Position numbers and translations under genes: made by a program. Of a stretch of 64,000 nt of DNA, positions 9,220-19,282 are shown one piece after another; position 1 is the first letter of the stretch; every line of letters starts with the position of its first letter. Where the stretch lies: positions 1 to 64,000 of the forward strand of contig CAZWTX010000004.1 in assembly GCA_964637135.1 (NCBI GenBank). Direction: 5' to 3'. Origin of the DNA: an uncultured Methanospirillum sp. (lineage in GTDB: Archaea > Halobacteriota > Methanomicrobia > Methanomicrobiales > Methanospirillaceae). A model generated the notes under the pieces. It saw only the letters and a program-made list of their open reading frames with translations, did not search any database and was not told the origin of the DNA.

Positions 9220-10095
9220 ATGCGGAAGTTAGCCCTCCATGAGAAAGGGGGAATCATCTCCGAGAAAAGTGGTGATTTCTGTACCATTCGCGTCCGGGTT
9301 CCTGCAGGGATCGTTACTCCTGAACAGATGACGGGTATCTGCAGGATCGCACTATTATATAACGCGGGAATCCACCTGACCACGAGACAGACGGTGGAGA
9401 TCACCCATGTCCGGCTGAAAGATATAGAGGATCTTGTAGAGGAACTGGAAGCGAACGGGACCCCGCTCGGTGCAGAAAAGACGGAGGTGGTGAATGTTAC
9501 CGCGTGCCCGGGAACCGATAGGTGCAGACTGGCCCAGATAGATTCAATATCCCTGGCGCTCGCCCTTGATGAAAAGTTCTTCGGGCGGGACATGCCGGTA
9601 AAATCCCGGATTGCCGTCTCATCCTGTCCGAACTCCTGTGTGAGTGAGCGTATGAATGAGATCGGTATCACCGGGGTTGTCAGGCCATACCGGCTTCCCG
9701 GAACCTGCTCGGGTTGCGGTACCTGTGGGCACTACTGCCGGGAAAATGCCATCAGGATCGTGAACGGCACCCTTGTTCTTGATGAAGGGAAATGCGTTCA
9801 TTGCGGGATGTGCATCGACACATGCCCGTTCCATATCATCAAATCAGATCCGCCTGCGTACCACATCACCGTCGGGGGAAAACGTGGGAGACATCCGAAG
9901 TTAGGCCGGTATTTTGTGACCGTGAAAAGCCCGGAAACGGTGGTCGACTGTGTGGATAAGATCCTGAACTGGATTTACCGGCGTGCCTGGAGCGATTCCC
10001 TTCTCCCTGACCAGCTCGACGATATCGGGTTTGATACCTTCAGGAAGGAGGTGGTTGGTTCTCTTCCTACTGAGGAGATTATCACGGGGTATTAA
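9220..10095 (+). CDS. Dsr-LP/AsrC-like siroheme reductase, copy 2
   Basis: CPGTDRC, CPNSC and ferredoxin motifs; strongly similar to 7224..8093. Confidence 0.87.
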   Translation: MRKLALHEKGGIISEKSGDFCTIRVRVPAGIVTPEQMTGICRIALLYNAGIHLTTRQTVEITHVRLKDIEDLVEELEANGTPLGAEKTEVVNVTACPGTDRCRLAQIDSISLALALDEKFFGRDMPVKSRIAVSSCPNSCVSERMNEIGITGVVRPYRLPGTCSGCGTCGHYCRENAIRIVNGTLVLDEGKCVHCGMCIDTCPFHIIKSDPPAYHITVGGKRGRHPKLGRYFVTVKSPETVVDCVDKILNWIYRRAWSDSLLPDQLDDIGFDTFRKEVVGSLPTEEIITGY

Positions 10096-10838
10096 CTTTC
10101 CCCATTTTCCTCGTTCTTTTTACCAACCGTGGCTGCATAGATGATGAACCGGTCATCACCATCAAGCCCCAGGAGGGTATTGAGGATTTCGTCCTCGTAT
10201 GCTCCGATGGCACAGATCCCGCAATCCACGGCAAGACCGGCCAGATAGAGGTTCTGACCGATATGTCCGGCGTCAAGGAAGAGGTTCCGGTATCCCCTCT
10301 CTCCATATCGCCAGTACATCCGGTAGGTTTCTGCTCCCCAGAGGAAAATCACGGCAGCTTCCCTCGTGCATGACTGATCATAGCAGGCCGCGGCAACCTC
10401 ATCCGGGAGATCTGATCCCGGATGGATAGTTTCAAGGCCATGTTCCATGGCGATGTACCGGTACAGCCCGGGAGAGAGACCCTTCACCCGTCTGACTGCG
10501 AGGTAGGTATCGATTGCATGCCGGCATCCGGCCGAAGGGACGGTTCTGAATGCCATTTCAGAGAATACCCACTTGATCCCTGCGGTACACCAGAGGAGAT
10601 AGGAGAGTTCCCCGGTTTCAAGGGAAACGTCATTATATGTCCGGATACTCTCCCGTTCCTCAATTGCAACCGAGAGATCTATCTTCCTGATGGCAGCCGG
10701 ATCAGGATCCGGAAGGAGAATGATCTCACCGATCGGTGGTCTTTCAAGAGGGGGCGGTTCGATTCCCCTTATCTGGTCGGATAAGGTAGGTTCTCCTATA
10801 TACCGGGTCTCTCTGATAAATTGTTCTCCGATGCCCAT
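10092..10838 (-). CDS. SagB/ThcOx-family nitroreductase-like flavoprotein
   Basis: RESIRTY, FRTVPSAGCRH and YGERGYR..LDAGHIGQNLYL motifs; start MGIGEQ follows a GGTGA site. Confidence 0.88.
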   Translation of the reverse strand: MGIGEQFIRETRYIGEPTLSDQIRGIEPPPLERPPIGEIILLPDPDPAAIRKIDLSVAIEERESIRTYNDVSLETGELSYLLWCTAGIKWVFSEMAFRTVPSAGCRHAIDTYLAVRRVKGLSPGLYRYIAMEHGLETIHPGSDLPDEVAAACYDQSCTREAAVIFLWGAETYRMYWRYGERGYRNLFLDAGHIGQNLYLAGLAVDCGICAIGAYEDEILNTLLGLDGDDRFIIYAATVGKKNEENGES

Positions 10839-10876
10839 GGTAATCACCATCAGCCGGCTGATCTCATTATCATACC

Positions 10877-12208
10877 TCAGGAAAAGAACCGGTGCAGGAA
10901 AGTCATCTCCTCTGTCTTTCTGGTAATGAAAAAAACCGGTCTTGTCACGACGGGATGAACCGCAAGGCTGGTCTGTTGTACACGGTAGCCGGAACATATC
11001 CCGATAGCACCTTTTCCTGCACTAATGGCCCGGATAACGGCATCGGCATCGGGCATCGGGTGGAATACCGGGTTAGGATTATCCCCGCCTGCCGGGAGGA
11101 AGATCCCTGCATCGGGTATCCGTGCGGGGAGGATCGCCTGGATTTGAGCGATATGTGCGGCATCCGGGGGAGACCGGAAGCAGAGTACGATCTCTTCATC
11201 ACCGGCATGGATCATGGTGAGTTCTTCAACCGGGCCAAGCAGGGCCTGAACAGCAGTCTCCTGTTCTTCAACGGGTCCGGGGAGCAGGATGCCATGACAG
11301 TAGCGGTGTGCGAACCTCATCGCCGCCATGACCGGGGGGGCGTTCCTGAATGTGAGTTGATACCCTTCTTTTGAAAGGTTTTCGGTCATTTCCGGGACGA
11401 CTACCGATGCAATGCCGGCAACAAGGATCTGCCGGTCAATGGCTGATGCCTCCCGGTACAGGATCACCTGGCCGGCTGTTTCCTGTGCACAGCCCTCTTT
11501 CCATTCAGAGATATGGAGTATTCCGTTTCCCCTCTGAAACCGGGCATCTTCGGTCTTTCCTCCGGCCGGGACCGCGATCAGGCGTCCCCCTATCCGGGCC
11601 ACAGTGACCGGCAGGTAATCATCCTGCCCGATGTCACCGGCAAAGGAGTCTGCACATTCCGCCGTAACAACCGTTTCTTCAGGTGCCGGGTAACCCCATG
11701 AGATGATAAGCGGGATGAGGAATTCCCGGCAGATGACACTCTCTGCAAAGAGTCCCGGCGGGAGGAAGAACACCGGAATACCATTCACATCTGCGGCCAT
11801 CATATCGCTGCCCGGGTGAATTGCTACTCCGTGAAAGAGCATGGTTCCGGCCGGGGCATGAAGTCCTTCGGTATCACTCTCTCTCTCTGTATATGGACAG
11901 TCCTGAACAAGAACTGCCTGACACTCAGTGGTTGCCTGATGAATAATGCCTGCAAATCCGCTATGATCCCGTGAATTTGGATAATACTGTCGTATCCGTG
12001 CCTGCCGGGGAATGAATGGGCAGGATGGTTCAGGGAGAGCCACCCCCGGTTTTCCGGCACTGATCATCCCGATGGTCAGTGTCCTCGCACCGGGAGTCCT
12101 GGTCCCCCCGGGTGGATGCTCCTGCAGATCTCCGCTGGCCTGAACAAACCTTTCCTGAAGAATTTCAAGGGCTTTTTTCCGTGAGATGAGGGTAGTAAAC
12201 CTGCTCAC
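10877..12208 (-). CDS. Divergent, shortened MoeA-like protein with a probable C-terminal periplasmic-binding-protein-like domain
   Basis: MoeA-like N-terminus (LISRKKALEIL), remnants FHGVAIHPG / PVFFLPPG / GQDDYLPV / GNGILHI; coupled to moeA. Confidence 0.55.
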   Translation of the reverse strand: MSRFTTLISRKKALEILQERFVQASGDLQEHPPGGTRTPGARTLTIGMISAGKPGVALPEPSCPFIPRQARIRQYYPNSRDHSGFAGIIHQATTECQAVLVQDCPYTERESDTEGLHAPAGTMLFHGVAIHPGSDMMAADVNGIPVFFLPPGLFAESVICREFLIPLIISWGYPAPEETVVTAECADSFAGDIGQDDYLPVTVARIGGRLIAVPAGGKTEDARFQRGNGILHISEWKEGCAQETAGQVILYREASAIDRQILVAGIASVVVPEMTENLSKEGYQLTFRNAPPVMAAMRFAHRYCHGILLPGPVEEQETAVQALLGPVEELTMIHAGDEEIVLCFRSPPDAAHIAQIQAILPARIPDAGIFLPAGGDNPNPVFHPMPDADAVIRAISAGKGAIGICSGYRVQQTSLAVHPVVTRPVFFITRKTEEMTFLHRFFS

Positions 12209-13449
12209 CAGATCATCACCTCAACCTCGTCCCCCTTGTCATACCCGTCACACCCGACCGGGATCCTGATGATACCATCACTCCAGGTGAGGGTGTTCAT
12301 CAGGCCGGATTTTCCGAGAACCGGTGTTGCCAGGTCATTCTGGAGACGAACCCGCATGTATTGCTCTCTACCCCGTTCCGATGGAACTGCTTCTGCCATC
12401 CGTGCCATTTTACGGAGTGTCCGCTGGCAGGGAGAGCCTTTGAGGGCCTGGATGAGATGAATCCCCACCAGGGTCAGCACCATGAATGTGGATGTCGGGT
12501 GTCCGGGAAGCCCGATAACTGGTATTTCTTCAACCTTACCGATGATTGTCGGCTTTCCGGGAGCGATGGAGATGCCATGCACAAAAACCTCTCCTATCTG
12601 TTCGATTGCACGGGAAGTAATGTCATTCTGGTCTTTTGAACTCCCCCCGCTCACCATTACCGCATCACATTCAGTGCATGCCTGCCTGAGCGTTCTGACC
12701 AGTTCCTCTTCATCGTCCCTGATGATTCCGTACCGTACCGGGACTGCTCCCTGACGTCTGCAAAAAACCGAGATAAGGTATGAGTTAACCTCTCTGACTT
12801 CACCCGGTCGCGGGTGGGCATCAGCAGGAATGAGTTCTAGCCCGGTTGAGATGATCCCGATAACTGGTTTTTTCCTGACCGGAATCCATGTTCTTCCAAT
12901 CGAGGCAAGGACACCGATATCCTGAGGCCGTATGATCCATCCGGCAGGAAAGATCTCATCCCCTTTCAGGAAGTCCTCATCCTTTCTGATGATATTCTCT
13001 CCGGTTGAAACAGGCCGGGTAATCTGGACAATATCTCCGGTTGTGCCCGTATATTCCACCATGACCACGGCATCGGCTCCTGTGGGAATCTGCCCGCCGG
13101 TCGGGACATACATACAGGTCCCGGTCCCGACGGTTCCTGACGGCTCGGTTCCCATGCGGACCGTTCCCGTACAGGTCAGGTATACCGGTTCGGCAGCGGT
13201 GGCTGTACTCGTTTCTGCTGATAAAACCGCGTATCCGTCCCTCCATGACCGGTCAAACCCGGGAATATCCGATCGTGCAGATATCCCTCCGCTTAAGGTA
13301 CGCCCGTCTCCTTCATCGATGCTGATCGTCTCGGTCCCGGTCTCCCGGGATATCTTCCTGACAATCGCCACCGCTTCCTCGATCGGCACAACATCAAAGT
13401 AATACCTGGATGAAGGATTGTCAGCGGGTTTTTCAGGCGTGTTTCCCAT
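12205..13449 (-). CDS. moeA: Molybdopterin molybdenumtransferase (Mo/W insertase)
   Basis: PGFDRSWRDGYAV, TGGQIPTGADAVVMVE, SGGSSK and APGKPT..GLPGHP motifs. Confidence 0.93.
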   Translation of the reverse strand: MGNTPEKPADNPSSRYYFDVVPIEEAVAIVRKISRETGTETISIDEGDGRTLSGGISARSDIPGFDRSWRDGYAVLSAETSTATAAEPVYLTCTGTVRMGTEPSGTVGTGTCMYVPTGGQIPTGADAVVMVEYTGTTGDIVQITRPVSTGENIIRKDEDFLKGDEIFPAGWIIRPQDIGVLASIGRTWIPVRKKPVIGIISTGLELIPADAHPRPGEVREVNSYLISVFCRRQGAVPVRYGIIRDDEEELVRTLRQACTECDAVMVSGGSSKDQNDITSRAIEQIGEVFVHGISIAPGKPTIIGKVEEIPVIGLPGHPTSTFMVLTLVGIHLIQALKGSPCQRTLRKMARMAEAVPSERGREQYMRVRLQNDLATPVLGKSGLMNTLTWSDGIIRIPVGCDGYDKGDEVEVMIW

Positions 13450-13784
13450 CTCCTCCCCCCGGGACTTTCAGGAGAAGCCTGTAATAGATCCGGGCATTTC
13501 TTGTACCCGGGGTGAAAATGCCTGATCCTTTGATCCCGAAATCAAAGTACATGGTTATAGGTTTCCGTGCGAGGCAAAAAGATAGCATCTTTCATCTATC
13601 TTCTAACATCCCGGGTTTCTGTTCTCCCATGAACGAGGGTATCCAAGCACGGTACGCAATACAGGACCGGGAACGGTGATAGCAAATTTCAGTAACCTTC
13701 ACCGGCAGAAAGATCGGGTTAATTTAACTGTACTCATAACTACAAAACAGTAATCTTTATTCGGTGACATCGGGAACGTTATGT

Positions 13785-14576
13785 ATGAAACGCCTGTTAC
13801 TTTATTCGGCAGTATTCCTGCTGTGTATCCTCTCATCAGTTGTATTTCTCCCGGTGATAGCTGATGAGGGAGATTCGCTCTTTGTATACTCCGGTGCTGG
13901 GTTAAAAGGACCGATGACCGAGATCGGGTACCAGTATGAGAATGAGACCGGGACGGCGATCGAGTACACCTTTGCCGGATCCGGAACCCTGATCAGCCAG
14001 ATGGAGATGACCAAGAAAGGCGATGCTTTCATCCCGGGTGGAACTCCGGATTATGCCATTGCCATGAATAAAAGCCTCGTTGAAGAACCGCAATACGTGG
14101 CATACCATGTTCCGGTGATTGCCGTTCAAAAAGGCAATCCGCACAACATTACATCGGTGAAAGATTTCACCCAGCCGGGTCTGAAGGTTGCTCTTGGTGA
14201 CGTGAATGCAACTGCCATCGGCCGTTCCGGGGAAAAACTCTTCAACAAACTCGGTATTGCCGAAGAAATCGGGAAGAATATTGTGATGCGTGGTCCTACC
14301 ATCAACGAGGTAACCACAGCCATGGAAATGGGCCAGGCAGATGTCAGCCTTCTTACCATGGACCAGGTAAAATCTGACAAGATTGAACAGATTCCCCTTC
14401 CGGATGAAGAAAGTCTCGCATTAATTGTTCCCGTCGGAATAACCACCTTCACAACCCAGCCTGAAGAGGCTCAGAATTTTGTTGATTTTGTTGCATCAGA
14501 CGAAGGAAAAGCAATCTTTGAAAAACACGGGTTTCCGTCCTATCCGGACCCCATATATGCTGGTGTAAAGCCCTGA
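13785..14576 (+). CDS. modA: Molybdate/tungstate ABC transporter substrate-binding protein
   Basis: Signal peptide; GAGLKGPM, FAGSGTLISQ and ATAIGR motifs; upstream of modBC. Confidence 0.9.
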   Translation: MKRLLLYSAVFLLCILSSVVFLPVIADEGDSLFVYSGAGLKGPMTEIGYQYENETGTAIEYTFAGSGTLISQMEMTKKGDAFIPGGTPDYAIAMNKSLVEEPQYVAYHVPVIAVQKGNPHNITSVKDFTQPGLKVALGDVNATAIGRSGEKLFNKLGIAEEIGKNIVMRGPTINEVTTAMEMGQADVSLLTMDQVKSDKIEQIPLPDEESLALIVPVGITTFTTQPEEAQNFVDFVASDEGKAIFEKHGFPSYPDPIYAGVKP

Positions 14577-14580
14577 ACAG

Positions 14581-14601
14581 GGTTTTTCAGGCTCTTTTTT
14601 T
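14581..14601 (+). terminator. Probable archaeal oligo-T terminator after modA
   Basis: GGTTTTTCAGGCTCTTTTTTT immediately after the stop codon. Confidence 0.5.
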
Positions 14602-14938
14602 AAGATGCCGGGGATATCCGGGCAAAAGGTAGTGCTAGGTGAGAAGGATCCGGTAATTCCTATCCGGTACGCAGACTGGTTCAGAACCTTGATACCTTCA
14701 CTCATGGAATACTCATATACCAGTTCCGCCATTCATCCGGAAGATGGTGGTGGAAGATATCACCCCTGATTCTTAATACTCCCTTCATATGCCGAGAAGA
14801 ATCTTGTGGAAGCAGGATGCTCCATGACAGAAGATTCCGAAATTCGTGGGATGAAATGGAAAAACCGCAAACCGCCCGGTTCCCGGGATGTTCTGGTGAG
14901 ATACAGGGTAAAGCAGGACTTATTCTTCTGACAATTTC

Positions 14939-15742
14939 ATGAATCCTTTATTTCATCCCAAATCCGCATTCAGCAGTCTGTTGATTGCTCTTTCTATCTT
15001 CCTGATCACGTTTTTCTTTCTGGTCCTTGCCGGCCTGTTCATCTGGCCGGATCCGGATGCACTTATCCGTGCCCTTACCTCGGAAGAGATCAGGTATGCA
15101 ATCCAACTCTCATTCATCACCTCGGTACTTTCAACAGTTCTCTGTGCAGTGGTTGCCCTCCCAGTGGCCTATGTCCTCACCCGGTACCGGTTCCCGCTTT
15201 CCCGGTTTTTCGCCCTGATGATCAGCCTCCCACTCTCCCTCCCGCCGATCGTGGCCGGAATTGCCCTGCTTATCTTCTTTGGCCCCTCGATATGGGGAGG
15301 ATTCCTGAAGAGTGCAGGCATTGACATCGTGTACACCACCGCTGCCATCATCATCGCCCAGTTTTTTGTCAATGTTCCCTATCTAATCAGGGTCATGCGG
15401 TCGGCATTTTCAGATGTAAGTCCCCGGTATGAACACGTGGCCAGGACGCTTGGATGCACTGAAGCAGGGGTGTTTCTCCATATCAGCATGCCGATGACCC
15501 TGCAGGTCCTCGCTGCCGGTCTGACCATCACCTGGTCAAAAGCGATGGGCGAGTTCGGGGCAGTTCTCATGCTCGCGGGAGCAACCCGCATGAAGACAGA
15601 AACCCTCCCAATATCCCTGTTTCTCAATATTTCAACCGGGGATCTCGATCTTGCCATCGCTTCTGCGATCCTTTTGATCCTCATCTCCCTGGTTTCTCTC
15701 CTCGTCTTCGAATGGATCGGCTCACTCAGGAGAATTGTCTGA
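14939..15742 (+). CDS. modB: Molybdate/tungstate ABC permease
   Basis: LPLSLPPIVAG, EHVARTLG (EAA-like loop) and MGEFGAV motifs. Confidence 0.92.
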   Translation: MNPLFHPKSAFSSLLIALSIFLITFFFLVLAGLFIWPDPDALIRALTSEEIRYAIQLSFITSVLSTVLCAVVALPVAYVLTRYRFPLSRFFALMISLPLSLPPIVAGIALLIFFGPSIWGGFLKSAGIDIVYTTAAIIIAQFFVNVPYLIRVMRSAFSDVSPRYEHVARTLGCTEAGVFLHISMPMTLQVLAAGLTITWSKAMGEFGAVLMLAGATRMKTETLPISLFLNISTGDLDLAIASAILLILISLVSLLVFEWIGSLRRIV

Positions 15743-16827
15743 TGGTCCTCGAACTGAAGTCAGTGAGCAAGACAATGGGTGATTTCTCCCTGAAAGATAT
15801 CTCGCTCTCAGTGATGGACGAGGAGTATTTCCTCATCCTCGGTCCATCCGGTGCAGGCAAGACGATCCTTCTGGAAATCATCGCGGGAATCTACGCCCCG
15901 GATGCGGGAAGGATCCTCCTTGATGGTAGGGATATCACCCGGGTTCCTGCCAGGCTTCGGGGGATCGGGATGGTATACCAGGATTACATGCTCTTTCCCC
16001 ATCTGAACGTGGAAGAAAACATCGGATTCGGCCTTACCCAGCGGAAAGTTACCCCTGATTTGCGAAGAAAAGAGGTCACTGAAATATCTGTGCAGATGGG
16101 AATTTCCCATCTTCTTGGCCGGAGTATCAGGACCCTGAGTGGCGGAGAACAGCAGCGGGTTGCAATTGCACGGGCACTTGTTATGAGACCAAGGTTTTTG
16201 CTTCTTGACGAACCCCTCTCCTCCCTGGATGCAGTAACCCGGCGGCGGATGCGGGAGATCCTGGTAAACATCCCCCATCAGTACGGAACCTCCATTCTCC
16301 ATATCACCCACCACGCCGAGGATCTGGCCGTTCTCGGAACCCGTTCGGCGGTCATCCAGAACGGGCGGATAGTCCAGGTCGGAGAACCTGATGAGATCTT
16401 CGCGTCCCCGTGTTCACCATTCGTTGCGGTGTTTACCGGGATGGAAAACCTCTTCGAGGGACAGGCCTGCCGCACCGGGGAGGGCAGCACGGTGATCACG
16501 GTTGAAAACACGAAAATTCATGCTATATCACTCCTTGAAGGCGATGTTGTCGTCGGAATCCGTGCAGAGGATCTTATCTTCTCCCCTGCACCCTTCCCGT
16601 CAAGTGCCAGGAACATTCTCCATGGGGAAGTGACCGCAGTCAGGCGGCTTGGCCAGTGGGCGTGGGTGACGGTCAGGGACGGGATTTCCCTGACCGGTGT
16701 GATAACCACCCGTAGCCTTGAAGAGATGAGAATCGCTCCCGGTTCATCCCTCTATGTCACGTTCAAGGCATCGGGTGTCCAGGTGTTTCCACCCGATCAT
16801 TCCCAGGCTCAGGGAGAAAAGGATTAG
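15742..16827 (+). CDS. modC: Molybdate/tungstate ABC ATPase with TOBE domain (ModC/WtpC)
   Basis: GPSGAGKT, LSGGEQQR and LLLDEP motifs; C-terminal SSARN...ITTRS...FKAS TOBE domain; TGATG coupling. Confidence 0.92.
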   Translation: MVLELKSVSKTMGDFSLKDISLSVMDEEYFLILGPSGAGKTILLEIIAGIYAPDAGRILLDGRDITRVPARLRGIGMVYQDYMLFPHLNVEENIGFGLTQRKVTPDLRRKEVTEISVQMGISHLLGRSIRTLSGGEQQRVAIARALVMRPRFLLLDEPLSSLDAVTRRRMREILVNIPHQYGTSILHITHHAEDLAVLGTRSAVIQNGRIVQVGEPDEIFASPCSPFVAVFTGMENLFEGQACRTGEGSTVITVENTKIHAISLLEGDVVVGIRAEDLIFSPAPFPSSARNILHGEVTAVRRLGQWAWVTVRDGISLTGVITTRSLEEMRIAPGSSLYVTFKASGVQVFPPDHSQAQGEKD

Positions 16828-17642
16828 AGTTTTAATCCGGACAGGTACGTGAAGGTCTTCTCAAGACTGGCTATCCCTCCGCTTACCGTCGTTGTATCGC
16901 TCCAGGAATTGTCGGAAGCGATCTTCTCCGAAGATTTCTTCGCTTTATTTCTTCCTTCGAGAATGGAACCGGCAAACTCTGTCTGAATTGTCCCATTCGC
17001 CTCAATTGAACCTGAACGTGAATCAGGGGATACTGCTATCTGATAAGCCAGTCCTGCGGGAGTACTCTTTGAGGAAGCAATTATCCGCACCTGGTTCTGT
17101 GTGGAGACCTGGGCATTTTCAACGTTGATGAGACTACCGGTGGCTTTGACGATATTACAGAATGCCGGAGTCACACTCGTCTCTTTTTCCCCAAAAACGC
17201 ATCTTATTGTGGTAGATGTACTGCTGGATGCTGCACCGGCGATAGATAACAGAGTCATCTCCTCTCCGGCAAGGTGGGTTCCGTTTATTCCGGAATACGT
17301 GAGTATTTTCTCTGATTCAATATTATATTCGTTTTTTCCCTGATTTTGCGAATCAAAGTCAAAATTTCTGTTCTCATTCAGAATGCCTCCATTTGTCAGG
17401 ATAGTGTTCCGGTACTGGACAACCCCGACAACCCCCTTTGTGATGGTTCCATCCGGGATAGAGCCATTTGAAGAGATTATCCAGTCCAGACTGCTTGATT
17501 CATCGGTTTGTCCAACGACATCCAGTACTGTACCGATGCTGAAGACCTGGTTCTCATCCATCTCTCCGGGAAGACGATCTGCAAAGGTCTGACCTACCAA
17601 CAGGAGGAGGACGACCAGTAAAAAACCTCTCTGGTATTGCAT
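16824..17642 (-). CDS. Secreted Ser/Thr/Gly/Asn-rich protein, probable Methanospirillum sheath-protein (MspA-like) family paralog
   Basis: Signal peptide ending TFA-DRLP; motifs TNGG, NFDFDS, IRCVF..PAFCN, YQIAVSPD and C-terminal KTFTYLSG. Family call is from recall only. Confidence 0.55.
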   Translation of the reverse strand: MQYQRGFLLVVLLLLVGQTFADRLPGEMDENQVFSIGTVLDVVGQTDESSSLDWIISSNGSIPDGTITKGVVGVVQYRNTILTNGGILNENRNFDFDSQNQGKNEYNIESEKILTYSGINGTHLAGEEMTLLSIAGAASSSTSTTIRCVFGEKETSVTPAFCNIVKATGSLINVENAQVSTQNQVRIIASSKSTPAGLAYQIAVSPDSRSGSIEANGTIQTEFAGSILEGRNKAKKSSEKIASDNSWSDTTTVSGGIASLEKTFTYLSGLKL

Positions 17643-17769
17643 GAGATATCACCTGTCAGAAATCTGGCTATCCGGTCCCCTCTTCTCTCAGGCTGAAATG
17701 TATGTCTCCAAAAATCCGGCAATGATCTCTTTTTGGATGTAAGGGATAAGAAAAGGGGTTTTATCCGGA

Positions 17770-18450
17770 TCAGGAAGTTTGTGTTTCTCCTCCGGGATGT
17801 ATGATCTTACTTTGGTTTTCATCATCAGGGATGATGGGAAGCGTGTTCATCCCCGGTTTTGTATGATCCTGTTCTGACGAGGTGTAGTGGATGATCAGGT
17901 CAGCAGTGTCACGAAGAAAATCGATATGGAGGATATCAACATTTGTGATCTTCCTTCCGGTTCGGGCCTCCAGATCAGCGATCAGGTCCTCTTTTTTATC
18001 CGTATGTACGAGATCAATCCGTTCATATGAAATCATCAGTTTTTTCTCGTAACGAAAGCCGAATTCACGTTCCATCACCCATATTACGGCAATGATGATC
18101 AGGTTTGAAAGGAGCAGTTTGCCGAACTTCCCTTCGTCATAGAGTACTGAGTTGAGGACCGGAAGGGCAACCATGACAAAGAGATAGGTCATCTCTCTGA
18201 TGGGTACACTCTCGGTTCGGTACCTGAGTACTGAAAAGAGTGCAAACAATCCGAATCCGACTCCGATCGTAAGGGCTACACTTGTAAAGAGGCCCATGAT
18301 GAAGTAAATGAGCGTGTTGAAAACCAGGAATGTGAAAATAAACTCGTAGTCCCTGGTTTTTGAGTAATAGATGCCCCGGATGATGATGAATGCACTGATG
18401 GCATTGATCAGAAAACCGGTAATAAATAATAACGACTCTTCAAAAAGCAT
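17770..18450 (-). CDS. DUF4956 membrane protein
   Basis: GFGLFALFSVLRYRTE..IREMTYLF motif; coupled to the VTC-domain gene. Confidence 0.85.
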   Translation of the reverse strand: MLFEESLLFITGFLINAISAFIIIRGIYYSKTRDYEFIFTFLVFNTLIYFIMGLFTSVALTIGVGFGLFALFSVLRYRTESVPIREMTYLFVMVALPVLNSVLYDEGKFGKLLLSNLIIIAVIWVMEREFGFRYEKKLMISYERIDLVHTDKKEDLIADLEARTGRKITNVDILHIDFLRDTADLIIHYTSSEQDHTKPGMNTLPIIPDDENQSKIIHPGGETQTS

Positions 18451-19282
18451 ATTGGATTTCCTGGTTGATTATTCTCTTAATCTGGAGGATTTTCTCCTTG
18501 AACCGGTTCTTTTTAATGCCGGGAAAAAGGATGGAGACGCCGATACAGTATTTCGAGAAACTCGTCGGCCTGATATGCATCTGATGCATAAGATGTGAGA
18601 ATGGAGATCTGGCCAGTTGCTGGCTGGTTTTTAGTTCCACGATTGCAACATTCGGCAGGGTTACCGCATGATCTTCGTGAGTGTATCTGAGATCGAGATC
18701 GATTGTAATCCGTTCTGAGAAATCAGGGGCAACGAGTGTGATCCGCTGGTAGGTATTCATCAAAAGTGAATGAAATGTTCCGGGATCGTACGGGAAACAA
18801 CCGGCGAGAAACCCGGAAAGGGAGGACTCAATCTGTGTAACAAGATGATCGGTCTCGATCCTAAACTTCTTTGTTCGTCCCTTGTTCAGTTTCTGTTTAA
18901 CTTCCAGAAATGAAACATTCGTGGAGGCATACCTGCGGGCACGGAGTTTGTACCGGTTCTTTCTCCCGTTGTGATGCTGAAGGTAGATCGTAAACTCATC
19001 CGTATCAAAGTACAATGTCTCGTATGCACCTATCCGGCCTCCTTCTATCTCAAGGGCATGGTATTCACCGGCAAGGGTCCGGATGATCTCGGTTGCCTGG
19101 TCAAGGTTGATGAGGTATTTCCGTTCCCTCCGGTCCATCAGGGAAGCCCGGGTGATCTCATCCAGGGCTATCGGGTGATAGCAGGCGAGGATTTCGTTGA
19201 TATCGGTCAGTTTATTATGTTCTTGCGGACGGACGGATGAAATCAGAAACGGAGCGGGATCCATTTTCAAGGCTTCACTCAT
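18440..19282 (-). CDS. VTC (polyphosphate polymerase)/CYTH-like domain protein
   Basis: RERKY, YETLYFDT, RYKLRARRY, FLEVKQK, RITID and FSKYC motifs. Confidence 0.88.
   Translation of the reverse strand: MSEALKMDPAPFLISSVRPQEHNKLTDINEILACYHPIALDEITRASLMDRRERKYLINLDQATEIIRTLAGEYHALEIEGGRIGAYETLYFDTDEFTIYLQHHNGRKNRYKLRARRYASTNVSFLEVKQKLNKGRTKKFRIETDHLVTQIESSLSGFLAGCFPYDPGTFHSLLMNTYQRITLVAPDFSERITIDLDLRYTHEDHAVTLPNVAIVELKTSQQLARSPFSHLMHQMHIRPTSFSKYCIGVSILFPGIKKNRFKEKILQIKRIINQEIQYAF

Noticed and set aside
11876..11888. Short CT run
   Set aside because: Lies inside a coding frame (TERES) and is too short to suggest phase variation.
13717..13745. Possible ModE-type operator upstream of modA
   Set aside because: Only weak GTTA...TAAC symmetry; not a convincing match.
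14577..14938. 362-bp gap between modA and modB containing a 35-codon ORF (MTEDSEIRG...)
   Set aside because: No motif, repeat or IS end recognised; it cannot be supported as a gene.
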